A stretch of DNA of 64,000 nucleotides from Octopus sinensis (GCF_006345805.1 NC_042998.1:111910001-111974000), one strand, 5' to 3'. Positions 1-13,760 are shown, numbered from the stretch's first letter. Notes: a model not told the origin generated them from the letters alone. Translations and numbers: made by a program.

Positions 1-180
1 TATATATATTACTCAAAGAAATTCCAGCTTTGATTTTCACGTTTTATTTACAACATTATAATAATATAATATAAGATAATATAATGAAATGATAGAATAT
101 TAAATGCCCATTCTGATTGAACTAGTACTTTCGTGCATTAAACTATGCAATCTTCAGGGGTTCATGTAGTAGTGAGAGTA

Positions 181-218
<38 letters not shown>

Positions 219-479
219 TAGTATCAAACGTCTAAAGTGTAATGTTTTTGTTAATGCAGAATACATACACATACACGTGTGTTGTTTTACTCGTTGCTGT
301 TGTTGTGTAGCTCCAGATTGTCTGCAACTAAACGGTTCCATGAGACAGATATTCGGCTAGATGAAAATGTGACCCCCTACCCCCACAACCAGACCATTTT
401 CCACGTTATAGTACGAGTGTGTAATTAGATGTATGTGTATGCGTATGTAATTGGTGATTTGCGCTCGCGTGTGTGTGTG

Positions 480-529
<50 letters not shown>

Positions 530-879
530 AGGAGTGAGAGAGATAAGGAAGGAGTGTGAGTGGGAGACAGAAAGAGAGAGAGAGATCTATGTGCGTGATG
601 AGTATGCTGACTTCGATTTTACTATTATTGTGCTGAATTTTCTATTTATCCACATTAAACTATGAAAATTAAATTTTGGTTATTCATATGCGTGAAATTT
701 AAAGTTGTAATATTAAATTTTGCTAGTTGAGAATTATAATTTACGAGTAACATTTGTATCAAAATCATTACTTAAGATTCTATATAGTCTGGTACAAGAG
801 TGGGGTCCTTCGGGATGGGTGACACTATCAGTAACCGCACGGAATGACATCAACCTTAGTGACGTTATTGGATATTTTC

Positions 880-1720
880 ATGTCGTTGAGACTAAGGATT
901 GGTTGTATTTGGTGCTCTCTTGAATGGTAGTTAAGAAGGGAGGCAATGGATTTGGTAAGTCTGTTGAAGTCATTAAGTCTGTTGGAAATGTCGTTTGAAC
1001 CTGAGTTGTGGAACTAAGATTCTTGGTAATGTAAGTAGTTGTACGGCAGTGTCTAGAAAACGGCGTGTAGATGTATGCGAGGTCATCTGCGTATAAAGAT
1101 GACTGCATATTTTGTGGAGATGTGAGTAGGTCGTCTAAGCCAAGGCTGAAAAGAGCGGTAAGAAGGCGGATATTCGTGACACGCTTTTCAAGAAGTTGAA
1201 ATGCTGTTCCTGTACGCTATATAGGTGCGTATACAGAAGAGTAGTGAATCAGTATAGTGTTACTTCATTTGGGATCTTTTCGGGCTTTAAAATGGTTATA
1301 ATTTTACTCAGTTTCCAAATTCTGGGAATTTGACATGGTTATACAAACAGTTGTATATGTTGAGCATTGATTCATTTTCTTCAAGCCTGAAATGTTTTAA
1401 GTGTATATTTGTGACTTTATCTAGCTTTGAAGCTTTTGAACATCGGGTATGTTTTGAAGAAATAATTCAAAATAGAAGAAATAATTCAAAATCTTGGTTT
1501 AACTAGAAGATGCGTATTTCCTGTTTTGCGTTCCTGTCATCTTTGGGTAATGGTAGCTGATTTTAAAGAAGAAATGTCTTCTGACGATGGATAGAGAATA
1601 TCTCGGACCGGTAATTATACTCACAGTTTGGTGTTGTGTAAATACTGAAAAATATTTAAGCAAGACAGTCAATAAACAAAATATTCGTAAATTTGGGGTT
1701 TTTGTATCCAAACATGACAA
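880..1720 (-). mobile_element. Decayed non-LTR retrotransposon RT fragment (I/Jockey-like)
   Basis: Minus-strand translation gives KASKLDKVTNIHLKH, IWKLSKIITILKPEKIPNEV and QSSLYADDLAY (YADD). Many stops and deletions; boundaries approximate. Confidence 0.6.
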
Positions 1721-2267
1721 AATTCACTTCATACAATAATACATGTGAAAGAAAATATTATATGAAATATGGGGGAAAAGGGTCAAGAAAGAAGTCTTTT
1801 GATAAGTAAATATTCAAAAGTTTCGACACGCTCAGCTTGTAAGAATGTCAGATTGTTAGAGTGTCGCATTGACCGAGGCGGAGTCGACTGAAAGGGAGAA
1901 AAATCCCTGCAGTGATAAAATAACATTGTCTGTTTATATAACATCAGATCTGCTGCAAACACGAGCCGCATTCCGCATCAAAAACAAAATGCAGTACAAG
2001 TCGATTACCGAGCGCTTAAACATTAGTCACATGATACGCAGAACTAGCTAGGTCGTGTGAGCCATTTTGTGTGTATGTCTTTGAAAGCGAAATGAAAGTG
2101 AGATAGTTATATGATGTGCAAAACTGATTATAATGCATCAGCTAATTTCTGTGAGATTTTTTCATTATAAAAACTTAAGTCTACTGCACATTTAATATAT
2201 TTCGAACTTAACACCATAATTCCTCGTGGTACAAATACAGATTTTTCTGTAAGTAAAAAAAAAAAGA

Positions 2268-3300
2268 ACCATATGTGCCGGTTGTTCTCAAAGGCGCTTA
2301 GTTTCGGCCCTGTTTTCTTGGTGGTATCACTGCAATGTACAGCACTTCTCGGTGGCCAGAGTAAATGGATATCTATCGGAGCTGATCTGTATTATCTGTT
2401 CGGTCTGTCAAAAACTGCTACCTCTTGCCTCTTCTGCACATGCAAGAGCTCGAGCAACCTACTACAGAAGTTGTGGGTTTCGAGGAGCTTCCTGCGTGAA
2501 CTCGTTGTAGTGAGAGAGTTATGTCAGTATATACAGACAATGTCACCGTAATAGTATCGAATACCAAACACAGTACTCTGGGGGAGTACGAAGTAGTGAT
2601 AGAAACAAAAATTAACCGATAAATGTCGATGTAACCGTAGCTCCAGGCCTGGAGAGGCAGGAAATTCATACCACCAGACAGTATCGTGGAATGTTGGAAG
2701 GACATACCTGTTAAATTGCTTGGTGTCTGGTTTGATGGAGATCTACAGGTGGATAAGAATGGGAAGAAGTAACGAGTAGGATAGCCAATCTCACCTAGAA
2801 ATAGGTTGAGAGGAAACTATCTCTGAAGGGTAGAACGGAAGGAGCGTACATCTATATTGCACTGGACACCTACTAAAACCTGCTATGTTCTGCTTCATGG
2901 CTGACCAGGCGGGAGCGCTTGCTTTCTCAGATATGCGTTAAAGATGCACAATTTCCAGAAATTCCCAAACGATGCGTATGCATGATCCGTTTGTCAGACT
3001 CATTTTCTACAACTCATTTCTTTGACAGAGCTACAATACTAGACCAAGAGCAGACTGAGGTAGGGCGCTTGGTACCTAGAGTTTCATCGGCTGCTCACAT
3101 TCTTCTGCCAGTTGGGCAATGCAGTCAGTGGAAGATCCACCATCACGTTCTTTAGGGGATTAGTGGCGGACAAAAGAGACGACTCCTCGGGGAGACTCTA
3201 GACATCGACGAGAATCAACCGGCTGGTCTGTTCCGGGAGACAGTTGATCCAGGGCCTATGGATAATCTACAGCTGCTATCATGTATGGGACAGATCTGGC
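2268..3300 (+). mobile_element. Tx1/L1-like LINE ORF2 fragment: RT C-terminal half and thumb, decayed
   Basis: VNGYLSE, SVYTDNVTVIVS (YADD-like), VKLLGVWF, RKLSLKGR and GPGPMDN motifs across frameshifts. Confidence 0.75.
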
Positions 3301-3369
3301 TGTCAGCCAATCTACATCTAACTAGAGGGACGGTATATCTATACCGTCTCTCCCACAGAATTAATGTAA

Positions 3370-5168
3370 GTTGGTCCTTCTCACTTTTCGGTTTCTGTCA
3401 AACTGTCAAAATGCACGCGGCTGGGATTGCCTTGGAAGTAAGGCAACCCACATAACTACCCCTGGTCACTAGATATATACGTGGTGACCAATGCAACCAC
3501 TATTTCTGACCCGCAAGTCCTCGTATCCATTTTCAGTGGGCACGAAATCTTATCTCCAATTCGACTGTGAATGCGGAGTTAATGTGTTATTTCTTAAAAG
3601 TCTGGATTTCGAGATACAAACCTAGAGCGTAAGGTGATGTACTGCACTTGACCAGCTGCGAAGGAATGCTTTCAAAATTGTAGACATCTCTGGCCAAACA
3701 GTGGCCGGGTGCCCAGACTTTTATAGATTTAGAATGTTTCTTTGGTATATTTCGCTCTTTAATGTTAGTAAGAGATTAGAATCTGTATCTTGGATGCATT
3801 TGTACTGTGTAGGGCTAGCCTATAAAAGAGGAAGTACTGAAGCCTCACAAACCTGTTCAGACATTTTAAGTGTCTGACAGTTACCGACTGAAAATGCCAA
3901 TGTGGACATGGACAAAATACATCAGGCTATACGGATAGTACCTAGATAGAATATTCCGTAGACCGATAAGTAGGAATAGCATAGATTGTTCAAAATTCAA
4001 AATCATCGGTTGGAAAGACCGCAAATTTGTGATCAGTACTATGGATTCCCAAGGCAGAAACCTGGTTACTGGAAGCTGAAGGCATCGCTTCCGGCAGGCC
4101 AAGCTCACAGAGACCATATTAGCAAATTACTTAAGCAGGCTTTGGCGAGGACAATCATCAACAACAAACAAGAATACACGTCGAAATGAGCAATACTAAG
4201 AAGCGCTTCAGAAAGGCGTCGCAACCAACGTGCTTGCGGTGAGATTGGTTCTTGACCAGTTCTCCTACTCAGAACATGGATGTTACGTTGTCAGATCTAA
4301 GGTGTGAGTTCTAAGACACGAGGGGACGAAAGCTGTCCGATGGGCCCGAGTGGAAGAGGCGCAACGTGGTAAACAAAACCACAATTAGATCTTTGGCTGA
4401 GCGTGTTACTCGAAACTCAGCAGATGTGGAAACAGATATGCTGCTTTTCAGCAGCAATTCGGTATGAATGACAAGCCGGATCACAGAATGAATTTCAGTA
4501 CCTACATTGACAGCTTACCGCAACTCTCGGCGAGAGAAAGGGAGTGTTCTGAAAAGCAAATAACAGCTGCAGAAATACGGGAAACGATGGTTGGCTGCAC
4601 AGCAGGAAAATCGCCAGGTTTGGATGATCTACTTTCTGCGCTATTACTTTTACATTCCAAACTTGTTTGAAAGTTTGTTTTAGCCGACCGTTACTGGGAT
4701 TGTTTGCAGAATCGGCGAAACTCCAGTTTTATAAATTGGAAAGAGGAAAGGACTACTGAGAAAGGACTCAGTCAAGAGAGATCATATTGATAATTTTCGC
4801 CAAATAACTCTGCTAAACGTAGATTTTAAAATTTTGGCCGCGGTGTAAACGAAGAAGATGGAACTTGTCATAGATGGTCTGATTGATGAGCCATCCACAA
4901 CAAACATCACCTCACGCAATACATCACAAAAGGGGTGGGTACGTTATATGGCATAGGTAGAGGCATGATCAATTTAGGTCACTCGAAAACCTTCAAAAGG
5001 GTCAACCACAAATACTTGGCAGTTGTTCTCACGGCATCCGATTTCTGACCGTCTTCCGTGGTTGAATCCCCACAATGTTCAGTGACATCTGCTCAATAGT
5101 TAGGGTGAACGACCATCTAACGAAATTACTTAGCATCGTGCGCTCCATCTGTCAAGGTCGTCCCCTCT
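3370..5168 (+). mobile_element. Tx1/L1-like LINE ORF2 fragment: APE endonuclease and RT N-terminal half, decayed
   Basis: NARG, AFKIV..PDFY, YLDRI, PGYWKLKASL, LPQLS..GKSPGLD, FRQITLLNVDFKILA, SKTFKRVNH and RSICQGRPL in canonical order. Confidence 0.8.
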
Positions 5169-5639
5169 GGGGTTTTTTTATATTCTGAGTTCAAATCCAT
5201 CAGATCCACTGTGTGTTTTATCCTTTCTAAGTCTATAATCACTATTACCTGATAGATTATATTCTCTTTTAATCAGGTCTTTTAACGTTTCGCTTTCAAA
5301 TTCTGCATGCCTTTTCATTTAGATCATGAGAATACCAATAATATTTTGTAATGTGGACTGTTCCTTACTCTCCTCAGCTCTCCGATGTCAACTTAGCCGC
5401 TCATTCTTTCAAATTCAATCAAAATTCAATCAAATTCAATCAAATATTAGACCCGAGTTAATCGACTAGCCTTACCCTACCACCCATTTCAGGCCTTTTA
5501 CTCATATTAGAAATAGTTAAGTCTTTTTTAAATTCTGAGCTCAAGTCGTGCATGGTTGACATTACCTTTCAACATTACTACATAAAACAAGAGAGTAGTA
5601 TTAGTATACTATACATATTTAATCGACTTTTCTCATCTA

Positions 5640-5840
5640 TAATTGAAATTTATAGAAAAACAAAAGATGAAGACAGGTGTATGAATAACAAGTAAGTGTA
5701 TTAGTTTGACGCTCGGGGAAAATAAAAAAAAGTATTTTACGTTTCGAGCCTATGCTCTTCAAAGGAATAAGAGAAACAGAGAGAAAATGAAAAAAAAACA
5801 AAAAAACATGTAGAGTTCAGTGGATCAACATGGCGAATCT
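5640..5840 (-). mobile_element. Penelope-type 3' tail remnant with degenerate hammerhead motif
   Basis: Shares GAAGAGCxTAGGCTCGAAACGT, GAGCG..TAATAC and ATCAACATGGCGA with the tail of the element at 27391-27610. Confidence 0.55.
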
Positions 5841-7537
5841 ATAACCTTGTATTTATTTGAGACTTGCTTGGTTACGTCTATTTTTACCACGGTGTTTGAA
5901 CACAGAAAGACTTTCTTTTCATCCCTACATGATTTCGTGATTTTTCTTTTCGTATCTATTAGGAAAGAAAAATGTTATTGTGCACGATCCGTGACGGAGA
6001 ACTTGGGGACAGACCGAGAGTGATGGCAAGGGGAGGATAAAAGGCTTCAGAAAAGTGAAAGCCTGACCTGAATGCTTGCAACAGAAGAGACTTCGCTAAA
6101 GCCACGCAAGGTGGCAGGTAGAAGTGTTAAACTGGGTAAGTCTACCAGTCAAATAGGCAATGACAAGATCTGAACTCACAACGCAAAGAGCCGGAACAAA
6201 TACTATGTGGTCCGGCGTTCTTACACATTTTCTAATCCACTTAGTGGTTTTTTTTTTATATGAAAGGCAAATTTGACGGCAGCGAGAGTTGAACATACAG
6301 TGTCAGCAGAAATACTGTGGAGCATTCTGCCCGATGCACCAATGAATCTGAGAATTTGCCGCCCGGAACTAAGTTTCAGTCATGTTCCTGAGGTCGGTTA
6401 AATCCACTGTACCTTAATCCAAAATCTGTGAACTTGAGCTAATGGTTACTAACCATTATTTCAATAGCATGATTCACTCATTTCTAATGTAGTCACGAAA
6501 CTGAGTGCACTTAAGTCTGCTTGAGATCAAAATGTAAGAACTGTAGAGCTATATCATCAGCCTACACACCAGGAGAATATGTTCTTTTAGTATTTTTTTT
6601 ATGTCTTTTTATTGTTTTTTCTTCCTAAGGTTCCCATTTCTTGTTATCTCTATAAATCCGAATCTATAGGTAGCAAATCCGTAAAAAAAGGAAAATAATT
6701 CAATCAGATGAAGCCAAAGAAAATCAGTAAACATGTTGTTAGTAAAGATGGTAGAAGTTACCGAGCGTGAAAGAAAGAGATGAGAATTTGCTTTCTAGAA
6801 AAATGAAGACGAATTACTCTCGATGTCGGTATGACACATTGAAAGAAACGTAGCATTTTAACATAATCCATATATAACTCTGTGGGTGTATGAGTGCTTA
6901 TTTGTGTGATATAGAATCCACGAGACTACGTATATTGAATATACACTGATACGTACAACATACATGTATAAATGTGCCTGGAAAAATATAAAAAATGTAT
7001 ACACACATATACACACATGCAAAAAGATTTTCAACAAATATATATTGTGTAGACATTTTATCAAATGATAAAAATCAATGAAAAGGCTTCGAGCTTTCAC
7101 CTCATATGTCTGTGTGCGCGTGCACATGCGTAAATGTATGTCTGTGCGTATGCATAGATAGATGGATATATATATACATAGATCATATATATGTGGGTAT
7201 GTGGGGAGAAAGAGAGAGAGAGCGAGAGAAAGAGAGACATTAAAAGCGAGAAGAGAGATAAAATCAGGAAGCCATAGTGTTTATGAAGACATGCTTTTAA
7301 TTAAGTGAAATTTTTTACTTAATGCTGCTATGTAGAGTGGAATAACATTTATTCAAATCTAAGCCAGCATCGGGATTTACACGGAGTTTCTCAATTCCGA
7401 TCCTCAGGCAATTAAACATACTTCACTGCATAGAAGTAGTTAGTTTTAAGTACACACCCATCAGGTTACCTTCTTTGGATCAACTGACATTAAAGTCAAC
7501 CGGAGCGAGTCCTCCAGCTTAAAAGTCGGTTAGTGAT

Positions 7538-7619
<82 letters not shown>

Positions 7620-7939
7620 CCTCCCTATATATATATATATATATATACACATACACACAAATGGTAATTTATGCACGATATATCCTCTAGCTCAATAAAA
7701 TTAATATAATACTACATTGTATTAAATTTAGAGTTACTCTATAATAAATATTTTATAGACGAAAAAAAAGCAGGTGAAAAACCACACACAACTCTCACAC
7801 ACACACACACATGCGCGCACACATATACTTATATATACATGTATATATATTATATACTTGATTTATATTCGTTCTCTATATTATTATATCTATCTGTCGA
7901 TGTATATATATATATATATATGTGTTGATATTACAATTA

Positions 7940-8052
7940 ATAAGAGGAATGACCACTAAAGTGGATTCCTATATGCTAAAGATAGACGTCAAATTGCCTT
8001 ACCACGAAGAGTGTGTTCTCATGAAAAAATCTCAGCAAACGCCAGAATGTAA
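7940..8052. mobile_element. Partial copy of the MITE at 56566-56711 (left TIR only)
   Basis: ATAAGAGGAATGACCACTAA and internal GTTCTCA..AAAA..TCAGCAAAC.CCAGAA align with 56570-56685. Confidence 0.5.
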
Positions 8053-10087
8053 AAAATAAGCAAGACAAATGAAAATATACAAACTAAAACGATTACCTAC
8101 GTATCATGATTTCATTATTAACACTTGCAAAATGCAAATATCTGTAACTCCTCAGCATATTTCACAGAACTATACACAGAAACGTTCACCTGAAAGAAAA
8201 TTCATGTACAGTTCTTCAAAATATATTTGTGGTATTTTTCAAATGTCTTCATTTTGGCGCGCAAAATAATAAACCTGCAGATAATAAATTACTGCAGTTA
8301 ATTTACCGGTTGGAAAACATTGCTATTTTAAATTAAAATTTCTACCCTCCAGTGATTTGACCACCAGTATTTACTGAAATGGCTTAATTTAACTGAAGCA
8401 TGTTTTTTATACATATGTCACTACCAAAAATGTTGTGATTATCTATAATTGCCAAAAATTTAAACCAAAATTCTCTCTGCTATTTACTGCAAAGTAGATA
8501 TTCCTTGATGCGAGTCTACGCTAATAATTTAATTTCTTATGCTGTAGAAGGGGGCTGCACTATTGTCCTAATAGCAAACGGTTGCTCTAATAGGACCGTG
8601 AAAAGGTTAACTAGGTCGAGAAGCTTTATTTATATCAGAGCATAACTGGTTATACAAGTTTGTAAGCGCTGTTTCTCGACGATCTTTAATTGCAGAGGAT
8701 TTATGTATAGTATCATGCACATTATTGAGCCTTTGCAAGAAATTGTTAGTTAGTAATATATTTATTTATTTATCTATTTCGCTTTAGCTCTAAAAAATGT
8801 AATCTGCCTGAGGTAAACATTCCTTTAGGTTTAGACTTTTTCAACAGCATACATTAGAAGCTACAAATAAACAATCTTAAATTAGGACTATAGAACATCT
8901 TTCAGTTTAATAATCCTATAGATGCCACATAATGAAATAAATTTTAACTTTATCAATTCAAGCTTAGTGTTATATCTACGTAGTTTTAGGTAAAGCCTTT
9001 CATCTGTTGCTTCGACGTTATCAAGATTTCTTTGTTTATTAGTTGAATATTAGAGTTGTTAACTGATAGTTAGAGTTGTAATCTCATTATTAGTTATTGT
9101 ATATCTTTGCTGACAATTGCTTTCTTTACAAAAATTGCATACGATACACTAGTAAGTCCGAAATTTTAAACCGCTGTTATATTTGACTCTATTTCAACAG
9201 CGCCATCTAAGCGTCACCTCCATAAAACTGTCTGGCATCAAATTAGTAGTCGCCTTAAGTGGTCCCGACCACGACGAAACGAGCAAAATACATGCAGCAT
9301 AAGCATAACAATCATATAATTGACCGGCTACGTACAAATGTTGACCAGATATGTTCTAATGATAATAGAGTACCATAAATAAAAAAAAAAAGAATACTTA
9401 AAATATACCAAATTCCTTTTAAAACACACCAGAACCTATAACTGAACTATGGCACGACGATAGTCGCCTGAATGACTTATGTGCATTTTACAGATCCGTA
9501 GCTCCGTGTATGTGCTATCCTTATCAAGTTAAAGATAATATTTCCTATACTGGTATTCTTTGGTTAAAGATAAATGGTGTAGTTTGGCAGCCTGGGAGTT
9601 TTGATTTTTTTTATGTCTATTATTGTTTAAACCCTACGTAATCTCGAACATGTTTGAATAAACATATGATAAAATGCATTCTAGCCGCAACCTATCTCCC
9701 TTTTCTTACTAAGCCTAGTATATCGCATTATCTATGTGTCTTTAATTTTCTTTTTAATACGCTGGGGTGTGATTTGAAACCGATTTGACATTTATCTTGC
9801 ACGCTAACATATCCAGAACAGAAAAATTTGAGGTAAACTTGATTCGAACGTAACAAGTGTAGCTCATTTTCATTTATTATTGATACTGTTCATCTTAGCA
9901 CAGTGTCTGGGGTCAATGATTAAAACAAGCAGTGTTTTAGAGCTGGCAACAATACATAAGAAGTAAGAAAAACAGGAAATAATAGAAAAGCAAACTTGTA
10001 TTATTTGACAACGTGTTTGAACAATAGTTGTATCTTCTTCAACATAGTTTGAGGGCAGGTATAGTTAGTAAGTGATAAAATAAAATA

Positions 10088-10228
10088 TTAGGTTGTCCCA
10101 AAAGTTCGTAAACACTTGCGAAAATTGAATTTTTACTCGCCAAGTACTAACAAAAACAACAAAAATTATTCCTCAAAATAAAGACCATTATTTTCCAAGA
10201 CTTTCTACGAACTTTTGGGACAGCCTTA
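10088..10228. mobile_element. Mariner-type MITE, 141 bp
   Basis: 23-bp TIRs TTAGGTTGTCCCAAAAGTTCGTA / TACGAACTTTTGGGACAGCCTTA, with TA on both sides. Confidence 0.85.
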
Positions 10229-10574
10229 TAACTGAATACATGTTATAAAAGGAAATGACGGTGCGATGCCCTTCATCTCATTCAGGGCTGATTAATCATT
10301 CATTGATTAATCAATCGTTCATTGAGATATAATGGTAAACCTGCTACTCACCTGTATGCACAATCACCTTCTGTGCAGATGTTGCCTGACTGATTCTCAA
10401 TAACTCTGTGTGTGCATTTATGTTTATTTATGAAGGTGTGCTTGTGTGCATCTTTGCATATGTGCGTATGTGTGTGTGCATGTGGTTGTAAAAATTGTGT
10501 CTCCACTTGTGAGTGAGCAAGTACAACTACGCTGAGACTTAAGTCTGTCTTTTGACTTATAACTCCCAACGCGT

Positions 10575-10985
10575 CAGCATTGTTGTTTTATGGACATCAA
10601 AGACCAGCTCCTACATCTGGGTCGATGACGCTATTACATATACAAACATCCTAGACTGCATAAAAGATTCTACCGACCGATTGATTGGCATGCAAATACT
10701 CGTAAACAAACTTCAACTTCTGGCCAACAGCTGTTCTGTCACTTCTCTCTGACTCATGTATCGCCTTTACAGGATCCCTGCTTCTTGGACTGAGCTGATT
10801 TCGTATCATATTCCCTCAGAGATACCACTCTAATTCTCTCGCCGCTCATCCTCTCATCACATATATACAGATTGTGTTCTCTCAGTACCTGCGCTAACTA
10901 CTACTCCCAATCGTTTCTCCCTAGAACGTCATTATTCTAAAAATTCTCACCTTGCTTTTCCTACTGACTTGGACTACAATATTCA
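10575..10985 (+). mobile_element. Decayed LINE ORF2 3' fragment (CR1/L2-group-like)
   Basis: Degenerate SYIW..TNILDCI..RLIG..LQLLAN..SVTSL..YR and FFPRT-like C-terminal pattern. Confidence 0.5.
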
Positions 10986-11518
10986 GGAACAAGAGCTGTA
11001 TTGACCTTACGGTTTCGGAGGTCCTACAAACATCATGGTCACAACTCCTACTCCAGACCATGCCATTAAAATGAAAGATTTATGACTCTTTTACGATTTT
11101 AAATACTTATATCCTGAAAATCACAAATGGTTCCTTTTGAATACTGTACCATTTGTGCTCTTGTGTTACCGTAGTTTTTCAAGACAGTGAATTAAACTTC
11201 GCTTGCAGTGCAGAGGTGTGTGTTCTCAATGCTTGGTTTGAGGCTATTGCTGATGTTACCTTTCAGGTAAAGTTTTGGTTTGCTCACATCACATTATCGC
11301 ATTCCTTGACTACAGTTGACACTACAATAGTCATTTCAAAAAGCCATTATTTTAGATCCAGTGTAATTCATGATATGAACAAAGAGATTAATTATTATCG
11401 GCACGTTTTCATATTCTGCTTATATTTCAAAGATGATGGAAGAAAGAAGTTGTTTCCTTGAATAATGAGATCGAATGAGCTGATGTCTTGTTCGAATTTC
11501 TGTAAAAAAATAAGTTAT

Positions 11519-11786
11519 TGCTATGATAAGAGTTACGACTCCCCCTTGCGAGAGATAGACTGGTCCGAGTAAAGTATAAATAGTAACGATCCGAGTGAGT
11601 TAAAGGTTCAGAGTTCGGAGTCGAAAAAAGTTCGTGTTAGTTCGCAGTGAAGTCGGAGCGTGTCGGTTGGTTAGTTCACAAGGAATAAGGATTGTTGGTT
11701 CGTAAAGTGATTTGTTAGTCCGTTACATTATTTTTACTGTTGCTTGGTTATCTTATTTATTGTACATAACAAAGTACGTTACAACA
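11519..11786 (+). repeat. 5' LTR
   Basis: Direct repeat of 14232-14489; ends GTACGTTACAACA; followed by the PBS. Confidence 0.9.
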
Positions 11787-11856
11787 TCTGTTGACGAGGG
11801 TTTCGAAGCTCGCGTAGGTTATTCAACAATTTGTTTGTGATAAAACTTGTCAAACA

Positions 11857-12760
11857 ATGGAAAGCCTATTAGTTTCCATAGTACAGTTGCAAAAGCAACA
11901 ACGAGAGCAGCAACAGCAGTTGAAGAAGCAACTATCACAGCAACAACTACAACAACAATTATTGGAGGTAAATTCAATGAAGTCCAAAAGGTGAGGTAAG
12001 TTCGTTTTCGCCAGACAGCATTTCGAACTCAATTAATGAATTCAATTATAACCCAGAGGAGGGTATAACTTTTGCATCGTACTATACAAGGTACAAAGAG
12101 ATTTTTGAACAAGATTGCAAATCATGGTCGAACGAACAAAAAGTGGGAGTGTTATTGCGAAAATTAGCTTCGTCAGAGCATGAAGGTTACTGTAATTTCA
12201 TATTGCCAAAAACATCCAATGAAAATTTTTAAAAAGAAACAATAAAATTACTGTCTAACATATTCGGTGATAAAACTTCTCTATTTAATACTCAAATGGA
12301 GTGTTGGAATATAATGAAAGAAGAGAATGATGATTTTATCACATACGCAGGAACAATTAACAGGATGTGTGAAAGTTTTAAACTCAAAGAACTTAGACCT
12401 GAGATGTTCAAGTGTCTTATTTTCGTACAAGGCCTTACATCCAGCGAAGATACTGAAATTTGGGCAAGAATTCTTTCTGAATTGGAACAAGCGAACCAAG
12501 ATCTAACCTTACAGTCCATGGCAGAAGAATGCCAAAGGATAGTAAACATGAAACACAATATAGAAAAATTCAAGAAAAGGATTCCTCAAAAATACAGATA
12601 TGCCGACCGGAATAGTACAACCCAAAAAGAGCTCCACGTCCTAATCCATGTTATGGATGTGAGGACATACATTTCAGAAAAGACTATCAATTTAAAAATC
12701 AAAAATTTTACAGTTGCAAAATAACTGGTCACAAGAGTTCACACCACAGAACAAAATTAC
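11857..12760 (+). pseudogene. gag: gag, disrupted
   Basis: Poly-Q N-terminus, FNYNPEEGITFASYYTRYKEIF, VLLRKL and FKCLIFVQGL segments with stops and frameshifts. Confidence 0.7.
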
Positions 12761-12819
12761 GAAGGTCAAACGTTAAAAGTCCTAGAGTGTTCTCAGCAGA
12801 AAACAAAATCGACTCCCAA

Positions 12820-13110
12820 ATAAGAAAATTCGTACACGTAAAAATAAATGGAATACACATTAAACTTCAATTGTATACTGAAAGTGATAATTCAATAATG
12901 AATATGGACACATAGAAGAAAATAGGGAAACCTATATTGAGAAAAACAGCGAAATCTGCCAGTAGCGTGATGGGCGACAAATTACATTACATAGGCGAAA
13001 TGTGGACTAAAGTCACGTTTCGAGGAAACACATGCAAGGCGAAGGTCTTCGTCGTTAAAAACGCAACGGATCTGCTTGGTGCCGACTAGTTAGAATTATT
13101 CGATTTATGG
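12820..13110 (+). pseudogene. Aspartic protease remnant of pol
   Basis: VKINGIHIKLQLYTESDNSIM (degenerate DTGS) and DLLGAD*LELF. Confidence 0.6.
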
Positions 13111-13249
13111 GAGACCCCCCCCCCACCATAAATACAACGTAAATAGTTGTCCCTCTAAAAATAATACGTTTGAAGAGTTAAGGAGAAAATTTTAATAAAT
13201 GTTTCCGCAAGTACTCTCGGATAAACTAGGTCTATGCACAAAGACTGAA

Positions 13250-13760
13250 AGCCCAAAGTCCATAATACATATCGACTACGCTGGGCTAGTGAACGGCGCA
13301 TACTATCTAGTCGTTCTGGATAGTTATAAAGTGGCTAGAGGTATGCAAATGCAATAAGCCCACAGCGAAGACAATAATAAAGTGTTACTCTAGTTAAGTG
13401 CTCGATACGGTGTTGCAGAGACGTTAGTTTCAGATAATGGAACACAATTCACGGGATATGAATTAAGAAATTTCTGCAAAATACATGCCATAAAGCCCTT
13501 CCACCCGAGGTCAAATGGGCAGGTGGAAAGATTTGTCGCCACATTCAAAAGAGCTCTAAGAAAAGCTATGAATGAACTAGATAAAGGCGAAACACTAACT
13601 ACATTTTTGAGAGTATATAGAATAATGCCAAACTCTAATATTAATTCAGGAAAGTCACCAGCAGAGTTAATGTTCGCACGTAAAATAAAATAGATCTTCG
13701 ATAAATTATTGCCAGGGAGAAAAATATATATAAAGGAAAAGCAAAAAGTACATTTGGGGA
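13250..13760 (+). pseudogene. Integrase core remnant of pol
   Basis: IHIDYAG..YLVVLDSY, LVSDNGTQFTG and FHPRSNGQVERFVATFKRAL (DDE core). Confidence 0.85.

Noticed and set aside
2268-5168. Circular permutation of a single LINE via a circular intermediate
   Set aside because: The halves overlap by ~150 bp and the overlapping copies are diverged.
8090-11515. Isolated splice-like signals (minus acceptors near 8190 and 11500, CAG|GTGAGT donor near 10350)
   Set aside because: I could not chain them into a consistent frame or recognise any peptide; such signals are expected by chance in AT-rich DNA.
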